Source of the DNA: Acidobacteriota bacterium
Lineage (GTDB): Bacteria > Acidobacteriota > Thermoanaerobaculia > Thermoanaerobaculales > Thermoanaerobaculaceae
Assembly (NCBI GenBank): GCA_021818005.1
Contig: JAKAFI010000001.1
Coordinates: forward strand, 1-44,213
Reading direction: 5' to 3'
DNA length: 44,213 nt
Position numbers and translations under genes: made by a program. The notes beneath the pieces are model-generated. The model searched no databases. It was not told the DNA's origin and was given only the letters and a program-made list of their open reading frames with translations. Below are positions 1 to 9,756 of the stretch, piece by piece. Each line of letters opens with the position of its first letter. The stretch's first letter is position 1.

Positions 1-28
1 GCGCGTCGCGGAGCGCGGAGGGACGATC

Positions 29-667
29 ATGAACCAGCGGCGCACGTACTACGAGGTCCTCGGGGTGGAGCCGTTGGCCTCCAGCGATCAGATCAGGGCC
101 GCGTTCCGCCGCCTGGCACGCGAGCGGCATCCCGACCACTTCCAGGGGAGTGCGCGGGCGGCGGCGGAGCTGGAGTTCCAGGCGATCACGGAGGCGTACA
201 ACGTCCTCTCCGACGCGGCCGAGCGCGGGCGTTACGATCAGTCGCTGGCCGCCGCCGCGAAACAGGCGCAGCAGCTCGTCAACCCCCGCGAGGTGGCCCG
301 CGCCTTGCTGGGGAAGGCGGCCGGGCTCGCCAACGCCGGCCAGGCGGGTGAGGCGCGGGAGTACTTTGCGCAGGCGGTGGCCCACGACCCCGACAACGCC
401 AAGGGGCATCACCTGTACGCTCTCTTCCTCGCGAAGCAGGCCGGTGGGCTCGACGAGGCGTTACGGCAGATCGGCCATGCGACCCGCCTGGAGCAGAACG
501 ATCCCCGCATCCTGCTCGACGCCTCGAGGATGTTCGCGCGGGCGAAGATGTTCGCCCGTGCGATGCGTTTCGCCCAGCAGGCGTTGCAGGTCATGCCCGG
601 GGACCCGGCGGCGGAGAAGTGGCTCGAGCAGTTGAACGGCATGATGGAGGGCGGAGGGAACGCGTAG
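29..667 (+). CDS. J-domain (DnaJ-like) protein with C-terminal TPR repeats
   Basis: The N-terminus YYEVLGV...IRAAFRRLARERHPD carries the J-domain HPD motif. The C-terminal half has TPR-like Ala/Leu-rich repeats (AREYFAQAVAHDPDNAKGHHLYALFL...). Confidence 0.8.
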   Translation: MNQRRTYYEVLGVEPLASSDQIRAAFRRLARERHPDHFQGSARAAAELEFQAITEAYNVLSDAAERGRYDQSLAAAAKQAQQLVNPREVARALLGKAAGLANAGQAGEAREYFAQAVAHDPDNAKGHHLYALFLAKQAGGLDEALRQIGHATRLEQNDPRILLDASRMFARAKMFARAMRFAQQALQVMPGDPAAEKWLEQLNGMMEGGGNA

Positions 668-694
668 GATGCGCATCGGAGAGGCGGTCGCAAC

Positions 695-1462
695 GTGATC
701 TTCAAGGCGCGGGGGTTGACGGACAGGGGGCTGCGCCGGCACCACAACGAGGACGAGCTCCTCGTGCGCGACGACCTGAGCCTGTACGTGGTTGCCGATG
801 GAATGGGCGGCCACGCCGCCGGTGAGGTCGCGGCCGGACTGGCCGTCAAGGAAGTCGAGCGCTCGGTTGAGACCTCGGCAGGGGCCGAAGACGACACCTG
901 GCCCCAGGGCTGGGACCCCCGCTTTTCGGTCAACGCCAACCGCCTCGTGCACGCGATCCTCTCGGCGCACCGGCAGGTGACCGGAGCGGTTGCCGGGGAA
1001 CCGGAGCTGCGCGGCATGGGAACGACGATCGTCGCGGCGCTGCTCGACGGGGCGCGCGGTCGCGTGAGCGTGGCCCACGTCGGAGACAGCCGCGCGTACC
1101 TGTGCCGCGACCGCGCGACGTCGCTGATCACTGCGGACCACTCGTGGGTGCACGAGCAGGTCGTGGCCGGCCTGCTCTCGGAAGATGCGGCCCGCACCCA
1201 TCCGCTCAAGAACGTCGTCACGCGGGCGCTCGGCGGAAACCAGGAACCGCTCGTCGACGTCGAGGATCGGGCCCTCGTCCCCGGCGACCTGCTGCTACTG
1301 TGCTCGGACGGCCTGAACACGATGCTCTCCGACGAGGAGATCGGCGAGATCCTGGCCCGCGGCGGCGACCTGACGCGCCTGGCCTACAGGCTCGTGGCCG
1401 AAGCCAACCGCAAGGGAGGCGTCGACAACATCACGGTGATCCTTGCGCAGGCGTTGCCTTGA
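695..1462 (+). CDS. PP2C-family Ser/Thr protein phosphatase (Stp/PrpC-like)
   Basis: It has the PP2C motifs RHHNEDE, VADGMGGHAAGEVA, GMGTT, GDSR, LLCSDGL and GGVDNIT. The start is GTG, with a GGAGAGG about 12 nt upstream. Confidence 0.85.
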   Translation: MIFKARGLTDRGLRRHHNEDELLVRDDLSLYVVADGMGGHAAGEVAAGLAVKEVERSVETSAGAEDDTWPQGWDPRFSVNANRLVHAILSAHRQVTGAVAGEPELRGMGTTIVAALLDGARGRVSVAHVGDSRAYLCRDRATSLITADHSWVHEQVVAGLLSEDAARTHPLKNVVTRALGGNQEPLVDVEDRALVPGDLLLLCSDGLNTMLSDEEIGEILARGGDLTRLAYRLVAEANRKGGVDNITVILAQALP

Positions 1463-1494
1463 CCCTCCGGGCGGCGAGGGGTATCGTGCGTAAT

Positions 1495-2793
1495 ATGAGG
1501 ATCACGCGCGTGGTCGTGGTGGGAACCGTTTGCGCGCTGGCGCTGTCGGTGCCTGCGCGCGCCGCGATCGCCGTGAGTTCGTACGGGCGCGGAGGCGTCG
1601 TCTTCGAGGTGGAGGCCACCCCCGGGGCCCAGGCCACGCTCGCGGCGTGCTCGCAGGCCCTCGACCTCCTCCTGCAGCGCGGCTGGCAACCCGGCACCGC
1701 CCATGTCCGCATCCAACACGATCCGTACGACGCGACGTCGCCGGCCGCAGACGTCGTGCTCGGCACCGCCGCTGACACCGACGACAGCGCGTTCGAGTTC
1801 ACCGCAGAGCTGGTCGAGCGCCAGTTGGGGCGGACGGCGGATCCCGCGGTGGCGGCCTTGTTGGCGCGCACGGTCGCGGCCAACCTGAGCGCGCCGGGGT
1901 GCACTCGCCGGACGAACTGGGAGCGGAGCTGGGTCGCACGCCTCGCGAGCGGGGACCTGCTCACGACGGCGTTGCCCGAGCTGCTCTGGCGGACCGGCGG
2001 CGATGGCGCCGTCCGCGCGGCGGCGCAGGGGAGCTGGCCCGAGGCGGCGTACGCGGCGCTCGCCGCGCGCGGCGTCGAGCACCCTCTCCGCCGGATGGGC
2101 GAGGTCGCGGTCGCTGGCCTGGTCAACCCCGGTGCGCTCGGCTTCCACGCGCTCTGCGCGGCGGCCGGCGCCCCCCCGGCGCCCGCTCAGGGGCTCGACG
2201 TGAGCTTCACCGAGACCGGTCTGCGTTTGCTCGCGCTTCCCGGCGACGCCGCCGCGGTGGCGGTACAGACGCTTGCGACCGGGCGCGCCACCGGCTGGGT
2301 CGTCGTCAAGTACGCCTTGACGGGGTCGTTCGATGCGGTCCCGCTCAACCCCGCAGCCGAGGTGAACGTCCCCCTGCGCGGCGTCGAGTGGGCTGCGGTG
2401 GTTGCCGTCGGCGAGGGTCCGGACGGTCGCCTCGCCCTCAACTGCAGGCCGCTCGCCGACTACCCGGTCCGCGTCAACCGCTGGGACTTCCTGGCCGGCG
2501 AGGACAACGCGAGCCTGGCGTGGGAGACACAGCGCCAGGAGGGGCTCAAAGGGTTCGTCGTGGAAGCGCTGCGGACCGACGCCCGCGGCGGCTGGAGCGT
2601 CATGCGGCGGACGATGGTGCCCGTGGCCGCGGACGGCGAGAACTCGTTCGGCTACACATTCGTCGACGGGGACACCAAGGGCGTGGGCGGGTATCGCCTG
2701 CTCGCCCTCACGGCCGACGGCTTCCTCGCCGAGGTCGGGATGTTTCCTCTTCACGCCGAGCCGTGGCCCGCGGGCGAGCCGGCGGCGCGCTGA
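1495..2793 (+). CDS. Hypothetical secreted protein
   Basis: The ATG at 1495 gives MRITRVVVVGTVCALALSVPARAAIA, which is signal-peptide-like. The longer ORF-track version from 1102 overlaps the PP2C gene and is Arg/Pro-rich junk. I recognise no family. Confidence 0.55.
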   Translation: MRITRVVVVGTVCALALSVPARAAIAVSSYGRGGVVFEVEATPGAQATLAACSQALDLLLQRGWQPGTAHVRIQHDPYDATSPAADVVLGTAADTDDSAFEFTAELVERQLGRTADPAVAALLARTVAANLSAPGCTRRTNWERSWVARLASGDLLTTALPELLWRTGGDGAVRAAAQGSWPEAAYAALAARGVEHPLRRMGEVAVAGLVNPGALGFHALCAAAGAPPAPAQGLDVSFTETGLRLLALPGDAAAVAVQTLATGRATGWVVVKYALTGSFDAVPLNPAAEVNVPLRGVEWAAVVAVGEGPDGRLALNCRPLADYPVRVNRWDFLAGEDNASLAWETQRQEGLKGFVVEALRTDARGGWSVMRRTMVPVAADGENSFGYTFVDGDTKGVGGYRLLALTADGFLAEVGMFPLHAEPWPAGEPAAR

Positions 2794-2814
2794 CATCCAG
2801 GCGAGATCCGGCGC

Positions 2815-3060
2815 TCAAGCCTGCGCCAGGCGGAAGGCGCCCCAACCCAGCAAGCCGAAGACGAGCAGCGGCATCGCCAGCACGGCGAGCAGGGGGATAC
2901 CGAGAAGCACGAGGGTGAGCAGGGCCATTCCGGCCAGCGCCAGCTTGACCAAGCCGAAGACGAGCCTCAACGGCAGGAGCAGCAGCTTCAGCGAGAGCAC
3001 CAGGACTCCGGTCGCCAGGAGCACCACACCTACCGACGCCAGTGCCAGCAACGTGAGCAT
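2815..3060 (-). CDS. Small, very hydrophobic membrane protein (81 aa, 2-3 predicted TM segments)
   Basis: The sequence is Leu/Val-rich throughout. A GAGGGGGA RBS lies about 5 nt upstream of the ATG on the minus strand. It sits in an otherwise empty gap between two plus-strand genes. Confidence 0.5.
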   Translation of the reverse strand: MLTLLALASVGVVLLATGVLVLSLKLLLLPLRLVFGLVKLALAGMALLTLVLLGIPLLAVLAMPLLVFGLLGWGAFRLAQA

Positions 3061-3098
3061 GATCGTCCCCCTCGCACGATCGTACGACGCCGCATGCC

Positions 3099-3908
3099 GT
3101 GAGGTTTTGCTCCGCGCCGGGGCCGAAAACGGCGCGGTTTGCCTACAATGCCCTCGTGGCGTCGGGCCGCGCGTTGCGCGCCGTCGTGGTGGCCGCTGTC
3201 CTCGCGTCGCTGCTGCTGGCGGGCGGCGCGCTGTGGTGGTTGAGCCCGGGGCGGGGGATTGGCGCGTGGCGGCAGGGGCCTCCGCCGCGCCCGTGGGCGG
3301 CGTGGCGACGGCAGGAGACGGTCTGGCGCGAGCAGGGGCTGCGCCGGCCGATCGAGAGCCGTTACGTACCGCTGCCCGCGATCTCCATCGACCTGCAGCT
3401 GGCTCTGCTCGTGAGCGAGGACATCAACTTCCTCGGGCACGGAGCGTTCGACTTTGCCGCCATCCGTGAGGCGATCGGGGAGAAGGAACGCGGTGGCGGC
3501 CGCTTTCGCGGGGCCTCGACGATCACGCAGCAGCTCGCCAGGACGCTGTTCCTCTCCAACGAGCGGACGCTCTGGCGGAAGCTGCGGGAGGCCCGGCTCG
3601 CGTGGTGGATGGAGCGCCGGCTCGGCAAGCGCCGCATCCTCGAGCTATACCTGAACGTCGTGGAGTTCGGCCCGGGCGTCCTCGGCGCCGAGGCTGCCTC
3701 CCGCCACTACTACGGCGTTGCAGCGGCTGCGGTCGACGCATCGCAGGCGGCCGGGCTGGTCGCGGCGATACCTTCTCCCGGCCGCGACAACCCGGACACG
3801 TCCACCCCGCGCTGGCACGCTCGCCAGGCGCTCATCCTGCGCCGCATGGAGCACGCGTCGTGGCTGCGCCGCCTGCTCGTCGCTCTCGATCGCAGCGAGC
3901 GCGACTGA
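3099..3908 (+). CDS. mtgA: Monofunctional peptidoglycan glycosyltransferase (GT51)
   Basis: GT51 motifs are present: EDINFLGHGAFD, GASTITQQLARTLFL, RKLREARLAWWMERRLGKRRILELYLNVVEFG. There is an N-terminal TM segment. The start is uncertain (GTG 3099 or GTG 3156). Confidence 0.85.
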   Translation: MRFCSAPGPKTARFAYNALVASGRALRAVVVAAVLASLLLAGGALWWLSPGRGIGAWRQGPPPRPWAAWRRQETVWREQGLRRPIESRYVPLPAISIDLQLALLVSEDINFLGHGAFDFAAIREAIGEKERGGGRFRGASTITQQLARTLFLSNERTLWRKLREARLAWWMERRLGKRRILELYLNVVEFGPGVLGAEAASRHYYGVAAAAVDASQAAGLVAAIPSPGRDNPDTSTPRWHARQALILRRMEHASWLRRLLVALDRSERD

Positions 3909-3959
3909 TCGCGGCCCCGCGCTTGCCAATGACCGGCAACCCCTCTACAGTCCGGATGC

Positions 3960-4913
3960 ATGGCAGGGTCACCGACACCCCAGTTCCTCGCTCCGCTCGA
4001 AGACTTGCGGCAACGGATCGCCGACGCTGAACGGGCCGGCGGCGCGGCCGGCCGGGCCGAGCTCGCCCGCCTGAAGAGTCGGTTGGAGGACGAGGCGCGG
4101 AGGATCGCCGCGGAGCTGACCCCGTGGCAGCAGTGCCAGCTGGCTCGCCATCCGGAGCGGCCGTACTGCCTGGACTACGTTCGCGGCCTGTTCACCGACT
4201 GGGTGGAGGTGCACGGCGATCGGACGTTCGGCGACGACCCGGCGATCGTTGCCGGGTTCGCCCGCCTGGACGGGGAGAGCGTGGCGGTGGTAGGCCACCA
4301 GAAGGGGCGGGACACGCGCGAGCGCCTCTACCGGAACTTCGGCCAGCCGCGTCCCGAGGGGTACCGCAAGGCGTTGCGCCTCATGCGGTTGGCCGAGAAG
4401 TTCGGGCGCCCGATCGTGAGCCTCGTCGACACCCAGGGGGCGTACCCGGGGCTCGAGGCGGAGGAGCGCGGACAGGCCGAGGCGATCGCCCGGAACCTGC
4501 GGGAGATGGCCGCGCTCAAGGTCCCGATCGTCGTGGTGGTGACCGGCGAGGGCGGATCGGGCGGCGCGCTGGCGATCGCCATCGGCGACCGGATCCTGAT
4601 GCTCGAGCACGCGGTGTACTCCGTCATCTCGCCCGAAGGCTGCGCCGCGATCCTGTGGAAAGACCAGACACAAGTCCAACAGGCCGCCAGCGCGCTGCGC
4701 CTGACCGCCGGCGACCTGCTACGGCTCGGCGTGATCGACGAGGTCATCCCCGAGCCGCTCGGGGGGGCGCACATGGATCCGGGTCTGGCGATCAGGACGG
4801 TGGGGAGCGCCGTGCGCAAGTCGCTGGCCGAGCTGCGGCGGATCAAGCGCGACGAGCTGCCCCGCCGCCGTTTCGCCAAGTTCAGCGCCATGGGACAGTT
4901 TCTCGAACGGTGA
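3960..4913 (+). CDS. accA: Acetyl-CoA carboxylase carboxyltransferase alpha subunit
   Basis: It shows full-length AccA-like sequence (LARHPERPY..DY, GHQKGRDTRERLYRNFG, RKALRLMRLAEKFGRPI, TGEGGSGGALAI). Confidence 0.95.
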   Translation: MAGSPTPQFLAPLEDLRQRIADAERAGGAAGRAELARLKSRLEDEARRIAAELTPWQQCQLARHPERPYCLDYVRGLFTDWVEVHGDRTFGDDPAIVAGFARLDGESVAVVGHQKGRDTRERLYRNFGQPRPEGYRKALRLMRLAEKFGRPIVSLVDTQGAYPGLEAEERGQAEAIARNLREMAALKVPIVVVVTGEGGSGGALAIAIGDRILMLEHAVYSVISPEGCAAILWKDQTQVQQAASALRLTAGDLLRLGVIDEVIPEPLGGAHMDPGLAIRTVGSAVRKSLAELRRIKRDELPRRRFAKFSAMGQFLER

Positions 4914-6886
4914 CCCCGCGGCTCCTGGTACTGCGGCGGGCTTCCGTCGTCCTCCTCGTGCTCTGGACGGCGGTGCTGGTCGCGACGTTCGTCGCGCGGC
5001 GCTACCGGCAGGCGCCGAGTCCAGAGTCGGTGGAGGAAGAGCCGGCCGCGAAGGGCGATCAGGGTCAGCCGATCCGCGTGCACAAGGGCTTCGTCTACTC
5101 CGACACGCTCGGCATCGAGCCGAACTTCCGCATCGCGGCCCGCGAGGCGGTAGAGTTCACGTCGGGTTGGTACGAGTTCCGCGACGTGCAGGTATCGCTG
5201 TACCACGAGGGGCGGGTGGCCTACGGCCTGGTCGCGGACCGACTCAGGTTCAACCCGGTCACCCACGAGGCCGAGACTTCCGGTCGCGCCGAGGTCTCGC
5301 TGCAGGGCGGAGTCGTGTTGCGGGCCGCCGGCTTCAAACTAGGTGGCAGGGAGCGCCTGCTCGAGAGCCGCGGGCCGGCGACGTTCGCGGGCCCCGGGTG
5401 GGGCGGCCTGGCGGGATCGGCGCTGTGCTCGCTCGCGAACGACACGATCGAGCTGGCCGGGGGCGTCTCGGTGACGTGGCGCGGTTCGGGCCGCACCCCC
5501 GAGCCGACGATCGTCCTGTTGGCGCGGAGCCTCCGCTACGACCGCAAGACCGCCACGGTGGTCTTCGACGACGGCATGACCGTCCTGCGAGGTCGGATGC
5601 AGGCGCGCACGGCGCAGGCCGAGTTGCAGCTGTCCGGACCCGAAGGCGAGCTGCGCACCGCCACCCTGGCCGGGCCGGTCGCGGTCACCGGCGTCCTCGA
5701 CGACGGCAGCAACGTGGACGCCTCGGCCGGGACGACGACCGTCGCGAGCATTCCCGGTGGTCGCTTTCAGCTGACGGCCGCCGGCGCCGCCGACACCGGC
5801 TGGGTCACCGTGAGCTGGGCCGACCGCCACGTCGGCTGGCGGCAGCTCACGACATGGCGCCTGGTCGGGGAAGGGTCGAGGACGGCGTGGGAGTGGCTGG
5901 AAGGGCAGGGCCTCGCCTGCGCCCGCGAGATCATGGACGGCGCCGAGCCCCGGTCGCTGGCGGCCGACCGGATGCGGCTCGTGTTCGAGGGCGGGCAGGC
6001 GTCGTCGGTCCTGGCCGACGGTTCGGTCCGCGTCGAGACCGGCGACCAGTGGGCGGTGGGGGACAAGATGCAGGTGGCGCTGGCGACCAGGACGTTCGTG
6101 CTGAAGCCCTCCTCGCAGAACCGGGTGGAGCTCGGGGCGCCCGGCGCCCTCGCCTGGTGTGACCGGCTGGAAGGCTCGGAGGGGGGCGAGATCGCGGCCC
6201 GCGGCCAGGTGACGGGGGCGCTCGAGCGGGCGAGCGCCGGCCGGACCGCCGTCCCGATCCGCTTCGCGGCGTCCTCCGCGACCGCGTCCCGGGACGGCAG
6301 CCACCTGATCCTCGAGGGCGACGCCCGTCTCTGGCAAGGGGAGCGCGTGGTCCGCGCCGACCGGCTCGACTACGACCGCGCCAAGGACATCGTCACCGGG
6401 GAGGGTGGGGTACTGACGACCGCGAGGGCCGTATCGGCGAGCGGCAAGCAGTCCAACGTCGAGGTGCAGGCGCGGACGCTGCGCTACGACCGCCCCGCGG
6501 GCATCGCCACGTACGAGGGCGACGTCACGCTCGACGACGGCCAGGCGCGCGCCAGCTGCCAGAGCCTGGTGGCGACGATGGACGCGAACGGCAACATCGA
6601 GCTGGCGAACCTCGACGGCGGCGTGACGGTCCGCGACCTGGCGAGCGCCAGGGTGCTCTCGGGTCAGAAGGCGCGCATGCTCGTGGCCGACGGGCTGTTC
6701 GAGATCTGGGGCAAACCGGTACTGGTGAAGGGCCCAGGGGGCGATCAGGTCAAGGCCGACCACCTGGAGTGGCACCGGGCCTCCAACACCGTCGTCGTGC
6801 TCGGGGCGGAAGACAACCCGAGCGAGACGCTCTACCATCCGCATCAGCCGACCCCGACACCCGGGGCGCAGAGGAGGCAGCCATAG
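4910..6886 (+). CDS. Membrane-anchored LptC/LptA (OstA-fold)-like LPS transport protein, unusually long (658 aa)
   Basis: The GTG at 4910 overlaps the accA stop. There is an N-terminal TM segment ([24 protein letters not shown]). It is followed by repeated OstA-like strand patterns (e.g. [30 protein letters not shown]; [35 protein letters not shown]). The gene sits directly upstream of lptB-rpoN, where lptC-lptA normally lie. Confidence 0.7.
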   Translation: MTPRLLVLRRASVVLLVLWTAVLVATFVARRYRQAPSPESVEEEPAAKGDQGQPIRVHKGFVYSDTLGIEPNFRIAAREAVEFTSGWYEFRDVQVSLYHEGRVAYGLVADRLRFNPVTHEAETSGRAEVSLQGGVVLRAAGFKLGGRERLLESRGPATFAGPGWGGLAGSALCSLANDTIELAGGVSVTWRGSGRTPEPTIVLLARSLRYDRKTATVVFDDGMTVLRGRMQARTAQAELQLSGPEGELRTATLAGPVAVTGVLDDGSNVDASAGTTTVASIPGGRFQLTAAGAADTGWVTVSWADRHVGWRQLTTWRLVGEGSRTAWEWLEGQGLACAREIMDGAEPRSLAADRMRLVFEGGQASSVLADGSVRVETGDQWAVGDKMQVALATRTFVLKPSSQNRVELGAPGALAWCDRLEGSEGGEIAARGQVTGALERASAGRTAVPIRFAASSATASRDGSHLILEGDARLWQGERVVRADRLDYDRAKDIVTGEGGVLTTARAVSASGKQSNVEVQARTLRYDRPAGIATYEGDVTLDDGQARASCQSLVATMDANGNIELANLDGGVTVRDLASARVLSGQKARMLVADGLFEIWGKPVLVKGPGGDQVKADHLEWHRASNTVVVLGAEDNPSETLYHPHQPTPTPGAQRRQP

Positions 6887-7614
6887 AAGAGACACCGCGG
6901 CTCGAGGCGACCAACCTCGTCAAGCGGTACCGCAAGCGGACCGTGGTGAACGGCGTCTCGCTGGCCGTGAGCGGAGGGGAGATCGTCGGCCTGTTGGGGC
7001 CCAACGGGGCGGGTAAGACAACGACGTTCTACATGCTCGTCGGGCTCGTGCAACCCGACGCGGGCGAGGTGCGGATCGGGGACGAAGACGTCACCTCCCT
7101 GCCGATGTACCAGCGCGCACGGCTCGGCATCTCGTACCTGCCGCAGGAGGCGTCGGTGTTCCGCAGGCTGACCGTCGAGGAGAACCTCTACGGCATCCTC
7201 GAGCTGCGCGGCGTGGGCTGGCGCGACGCGTCGGCCACGGTCACGGAGCTGCTGGAGGAGTTCGGGATCGCGAAGCTGCGCAGCCAGCGCGCCGAGACGC
7301 TCTCCGGGGGAGAGAGGCGGCGACTGGAGATCGCGCGGGCGCTGGTGACCCAGCCGCGCTTCCTGCTCCTCGACGAGCCGTTCGCCGGCATCGACCCGAT
7401 CACGGTGCTCGACGTGCAACGCCTGATCCGCCACCTGCGGCACCGCGGCTACGGGATCCTGATCACCGATCACAACGTGCGCGACACCTTGAAAATCACC
7501 GACCGCGCGTCTATCATCAAAGACGGCAAGGTTTTTGCAAGCGGGGACCCGGAAACGCTGGCGAGGGACCCGCTGGTGCGGCAGGTGTACCTGGGAGAAG
7601 AGTTCCAGCTCTAG
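6769..7614 (+). CDS. lptB: LPS export ABC transporter ATP-binding protein
   Basis: The sequence [48 protein letters not shown] is LptB-like, with Walker A/B and the [15 protein letters not shown] signature. The start is uncertain. The only canonical in-frame start (ATG 6769) overlaps the upstream gene by 118 nt. Confidence 0.9.
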   Translation: MAPGLQHRRRARGGRQPERDALPSASADPDTRGAEEAAIEETPRLEATNLVKRYRKRTVVNGVSLAVSGGEIVGLLGPNGAGKTTTFYMLVGLVQPDAGEVRIGDEDVTSLPMYQRARLGISYLPQEASVFRRLTVEENLYGILELRGVGWRDASATVTELLEEFGIAKLRSQRAETLSGGERRRLEIARALVTQPRFLLLDEPFAGIDPITVLDVQRLIRHLRHRGYGILITDHNVRDTLKITDRASIIKDGKVFASGDPETLARDPLVRQVYLGEEFQL

Positions 7615-7619
7615 CGACC

Positions 7620-9128
7620 ATGGCGCTCGAACAGAAGCTCAACCTCAAGCTGGCTCAGAGGCTCGTGATGACGCCGACGCTGCAGCAGGCGATCAAGCTG
7701 CTGCAGCTCTCGCGTCTCGAGCTCGAGCAGGCGCTCGCGTTGGAGGTGCAGGCGAACCCCCTGCTCGAGCTCGCGGAGGAGTCGCCGGCAGAGGAAGAGA
7801 CCGCGAGCCCGGATGAGCCCGCAGCGGCCAACGACGGTATCGACGCGGCCGAGGCCAGCGGCGCGGAGGCCGCGAGCGCCGCGCCGGAGGGCAACGGCGA
7901 CGAGCCGGCCGCGGCGGCGGACTCGTTCGGAGAGGTCGAGCTGGACGCGCTTTTCTCCAACTACCTCCAGGACAGCCCGAGCCTGAGCCAGGGGTGGGAC
8001 GACGGCGAGGAGCGCTCGCTGGAGAACTCGCCGGCGCCGTTGCGCAGCCTGTTCGAGGACCTCAGCCTGCAGCTCCGGCTGGGGCACACCCCGGCCGAGC
8101 TGCGGCCGTTGTGCGAGTTCATCGTCGGCAACCTCGACCCCGACGGTTACCTCCGCGTCGGCGACGAGGAGCTGGCGCGCCAGCTCGGCGTCGACGTCGA
8201 GACGGTCCGGCGCGGGATCGCCGCGGTGCAGAGTCTCGACCCGGCAGGCATCGCGGCGCGGACGCTGCAGGAGTGCTTCGTGCTGCAGCTCGACCGGCCC
8301 TCGCTGGACCTCCCCCCCGAGCTGCTCGCCCGCGCGCGGCGCGTCGTGGCGGAGGGGTTCGACGAGCTCCTGCACCAGCGCTGGGAGCGGCTGGTACAGC
8401 GGCTCGGAGTCACCACGGAGGAGATCCGCGGCGTCCTTGACGTGCTGCGCCGCCTCGACCCGCGTCCCGGAGGCCAGTTGGGCCCGGACGAGAACCAGGC
8501 GATCGAGCCGGACGTGGTCGTCATCAGAGAGGCGGATGGGTGGCGGGTGATCCTCAACGACGACGGCCTCCCGCGCCTGCGCATCTCCCCGCGCTACCTG
8601 CAGATGCTCCAGAACGCCGGGGTCGGCGGCGACGCCAAGCGCTACCTGCGGGAGCGGATGCGCTCCGCACTGTGGTTCCTGCGTTCGGTCGATCAGCGGC
8701 AGAGCACGATTGGGCGCGTCGCGACCGCGATCGTCCGCCGCCAGGAGGAGTTCCTCGAGCACGGGATGACACGCCTTCGCCCGCTCGTCCTGCGCGACAT
8801 CGCCGACGACATCGGCATGCACGAGTCGACCGTGAGCCGCGTGGTCGCCAACAAGTACATGGCGACGCCGCGCGGCGTGTTCCCGCTCAAGTTCTTCTTC
8901 CACTCGGCGATCTCGCACGCGGTCGAGGGAGACATCTCCTCGGTCGTGGTCAAGGACCGGATCCGCGACCTGATCGAGCAGGAGGACCCGGGCCGGCCGC
9001 TCTCCGACGCCCGCGTCGCCCGGCAGCTCAACCGGCTCGGGATCCGGATCGCGCGGCGGACCGTCGCCAAGTACCGCGAGGAGCTCGGCGTCCCCTCGTC
9101 GGAGCACCGCCGGCGAGCGCTCAGGTAG
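7620..9128 (+). CDS. rpoN: RNA polymerase sigma-54 factor
   Basis: It has the N-terminal Gln/Leu region (LKLAQRLVMTPTLQQAIKLLQLSRLEL), an acidic region II, and the C-terminal RpoN box (ARRTVAKYRE). Confidence 0.95.
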   Translation: MALEQKLNLKLAQRLVMTPTLQQAIKLLQLSRLELEQALALEVQANPLLELAEESPAEEETASPDEPAAANDGIDAAEASGAEAASAAPEGNGDEPAAAADSFGEVELDALFSNYLQDSPSLSQGWDDGEERSLENSPAPLRSLFEDLSLQLRLGHTPAELRPLCEFIVGNLDPDGYLRVGDEELARQLGVDVETVRRGIAAVQSLDPAGIAARTLQECFVLQLDRPSLDLPPELLARARRVVAEGFDELLHQRWERLVQRLGVTTEEIRGVLDVLRRLDPRPGGQLGPDENQAIEPDVVVIREADGWRVILNDDGLPRLRISPRYLQMLQNAGVGGDAKRYLRERMRSALWFLRSVDQRQSTIGRVATAIVRRQEEFLEHGMTRLRPLVLRDIADDIGMHESTVSRVVANKYMATPRGVFPLKFFFHSAISHAVEGDISSVVVKDRIRDLIEQEDPGRPLSDARVARQLNRLGIRIARRTVAKYREELGVPSSEHRRRALR

Positions 9129-9197
9129 GGGCGCCGGGCGGCTACAATGAAGGCGACGCCCGCCACGCGAGCGCGCGCGGCCACGAAAGGGGGAAGC

Positions 9198-9734
9198 ATG
9201 GAGCTTGAGTTCATCGCCCGCAACATCGAGTTGACGCCGCCACAGCGAGCTCTGGCCCAGAAGAAGTTCGACCGCCTGGCCAAGTACTTCAACTCCGTCC
9301 AGGAGGCCCGCCTCACCGTGGCGCAGGAGAAGCATCGGGTGTCCGCGGAAGCGTACATCCGGGGCAAGGACTTCGAGGTGGAGGCCTCGTCGGAAACGAC
9401 GGAGTGGGAGGCTTCGCTGCAGGAACTGGTGGAAAAGCTCGAGCAGCAGGCGCGCAAGATGAAGCAGCGGCTCACGTCGCGGAAGCGGCTGCGCGCCAAG
9501 GAGGGCAGCTGGCAGGTCGAGGTGGTCGAGCCGGAATCGGTGCGCCGCGGAGCGCCGGAGGTCGTCGAGACGCGGCACGTTCCGGTCCTCCCGATGACCG
9601 TCGACGAGGCGGCGCTGCAACTCGACGGGTCCGGCGAGGACTTCATCGTGTTCCGGGAGGCGGCCTCCGACAAGGTGAGCGTGCTGTACAAGAGGCGCGA
9701 CCGGAGCTACGGCCTCGTGACCCCGGAATTTTGA
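9198..9734 (+). CDS. hpf: Ribosome hibernation-promoting factor, long form
   Basis: The start MELEFIARNIELTPP follows a GGGGGAAG RBS. The C-terminal dimerisation domain is present (PMTVDEAALQLDGSGEDFIVFRE...VLYKRRDRSYGLV). It occupies the canonical position after rpoN. Confidence 0.9.
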   Translation: MELEFIARNIELTPPQRALAQKKFDRLAKYFNSVQEARLTVAQEKHRVSAEAYIRGKDFEVEASSETTEWEASLQELVEKLEQQARKMKQRLTSRKRLRAKEGSWQVEVVEPESVRRGAPEVVETRHVPVLPMTVDEAALQLDGSGEDFIVFREAASDKVSVLYKRRDRSYGLVTPEF

Positions 9735-9756
9735 TCGCCCGGCCGGCGGACGCAAC

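Noticed and set aside
4124-4909. The N-terminal 262 aa of the 920-aa ORF-track protein (4124..6886), which overlaps accA.
   Set aside because: This part is Arg/Pro/Gly-rich noise in an alternate frame of accA. A TM-containing start (GTG 4910) coupled to the accA stop explains the real gene. The same logic applies to 1102..1494, 14313..14555, 15685..15756, 17696..17857, 27751..27921 and 30369..31298.
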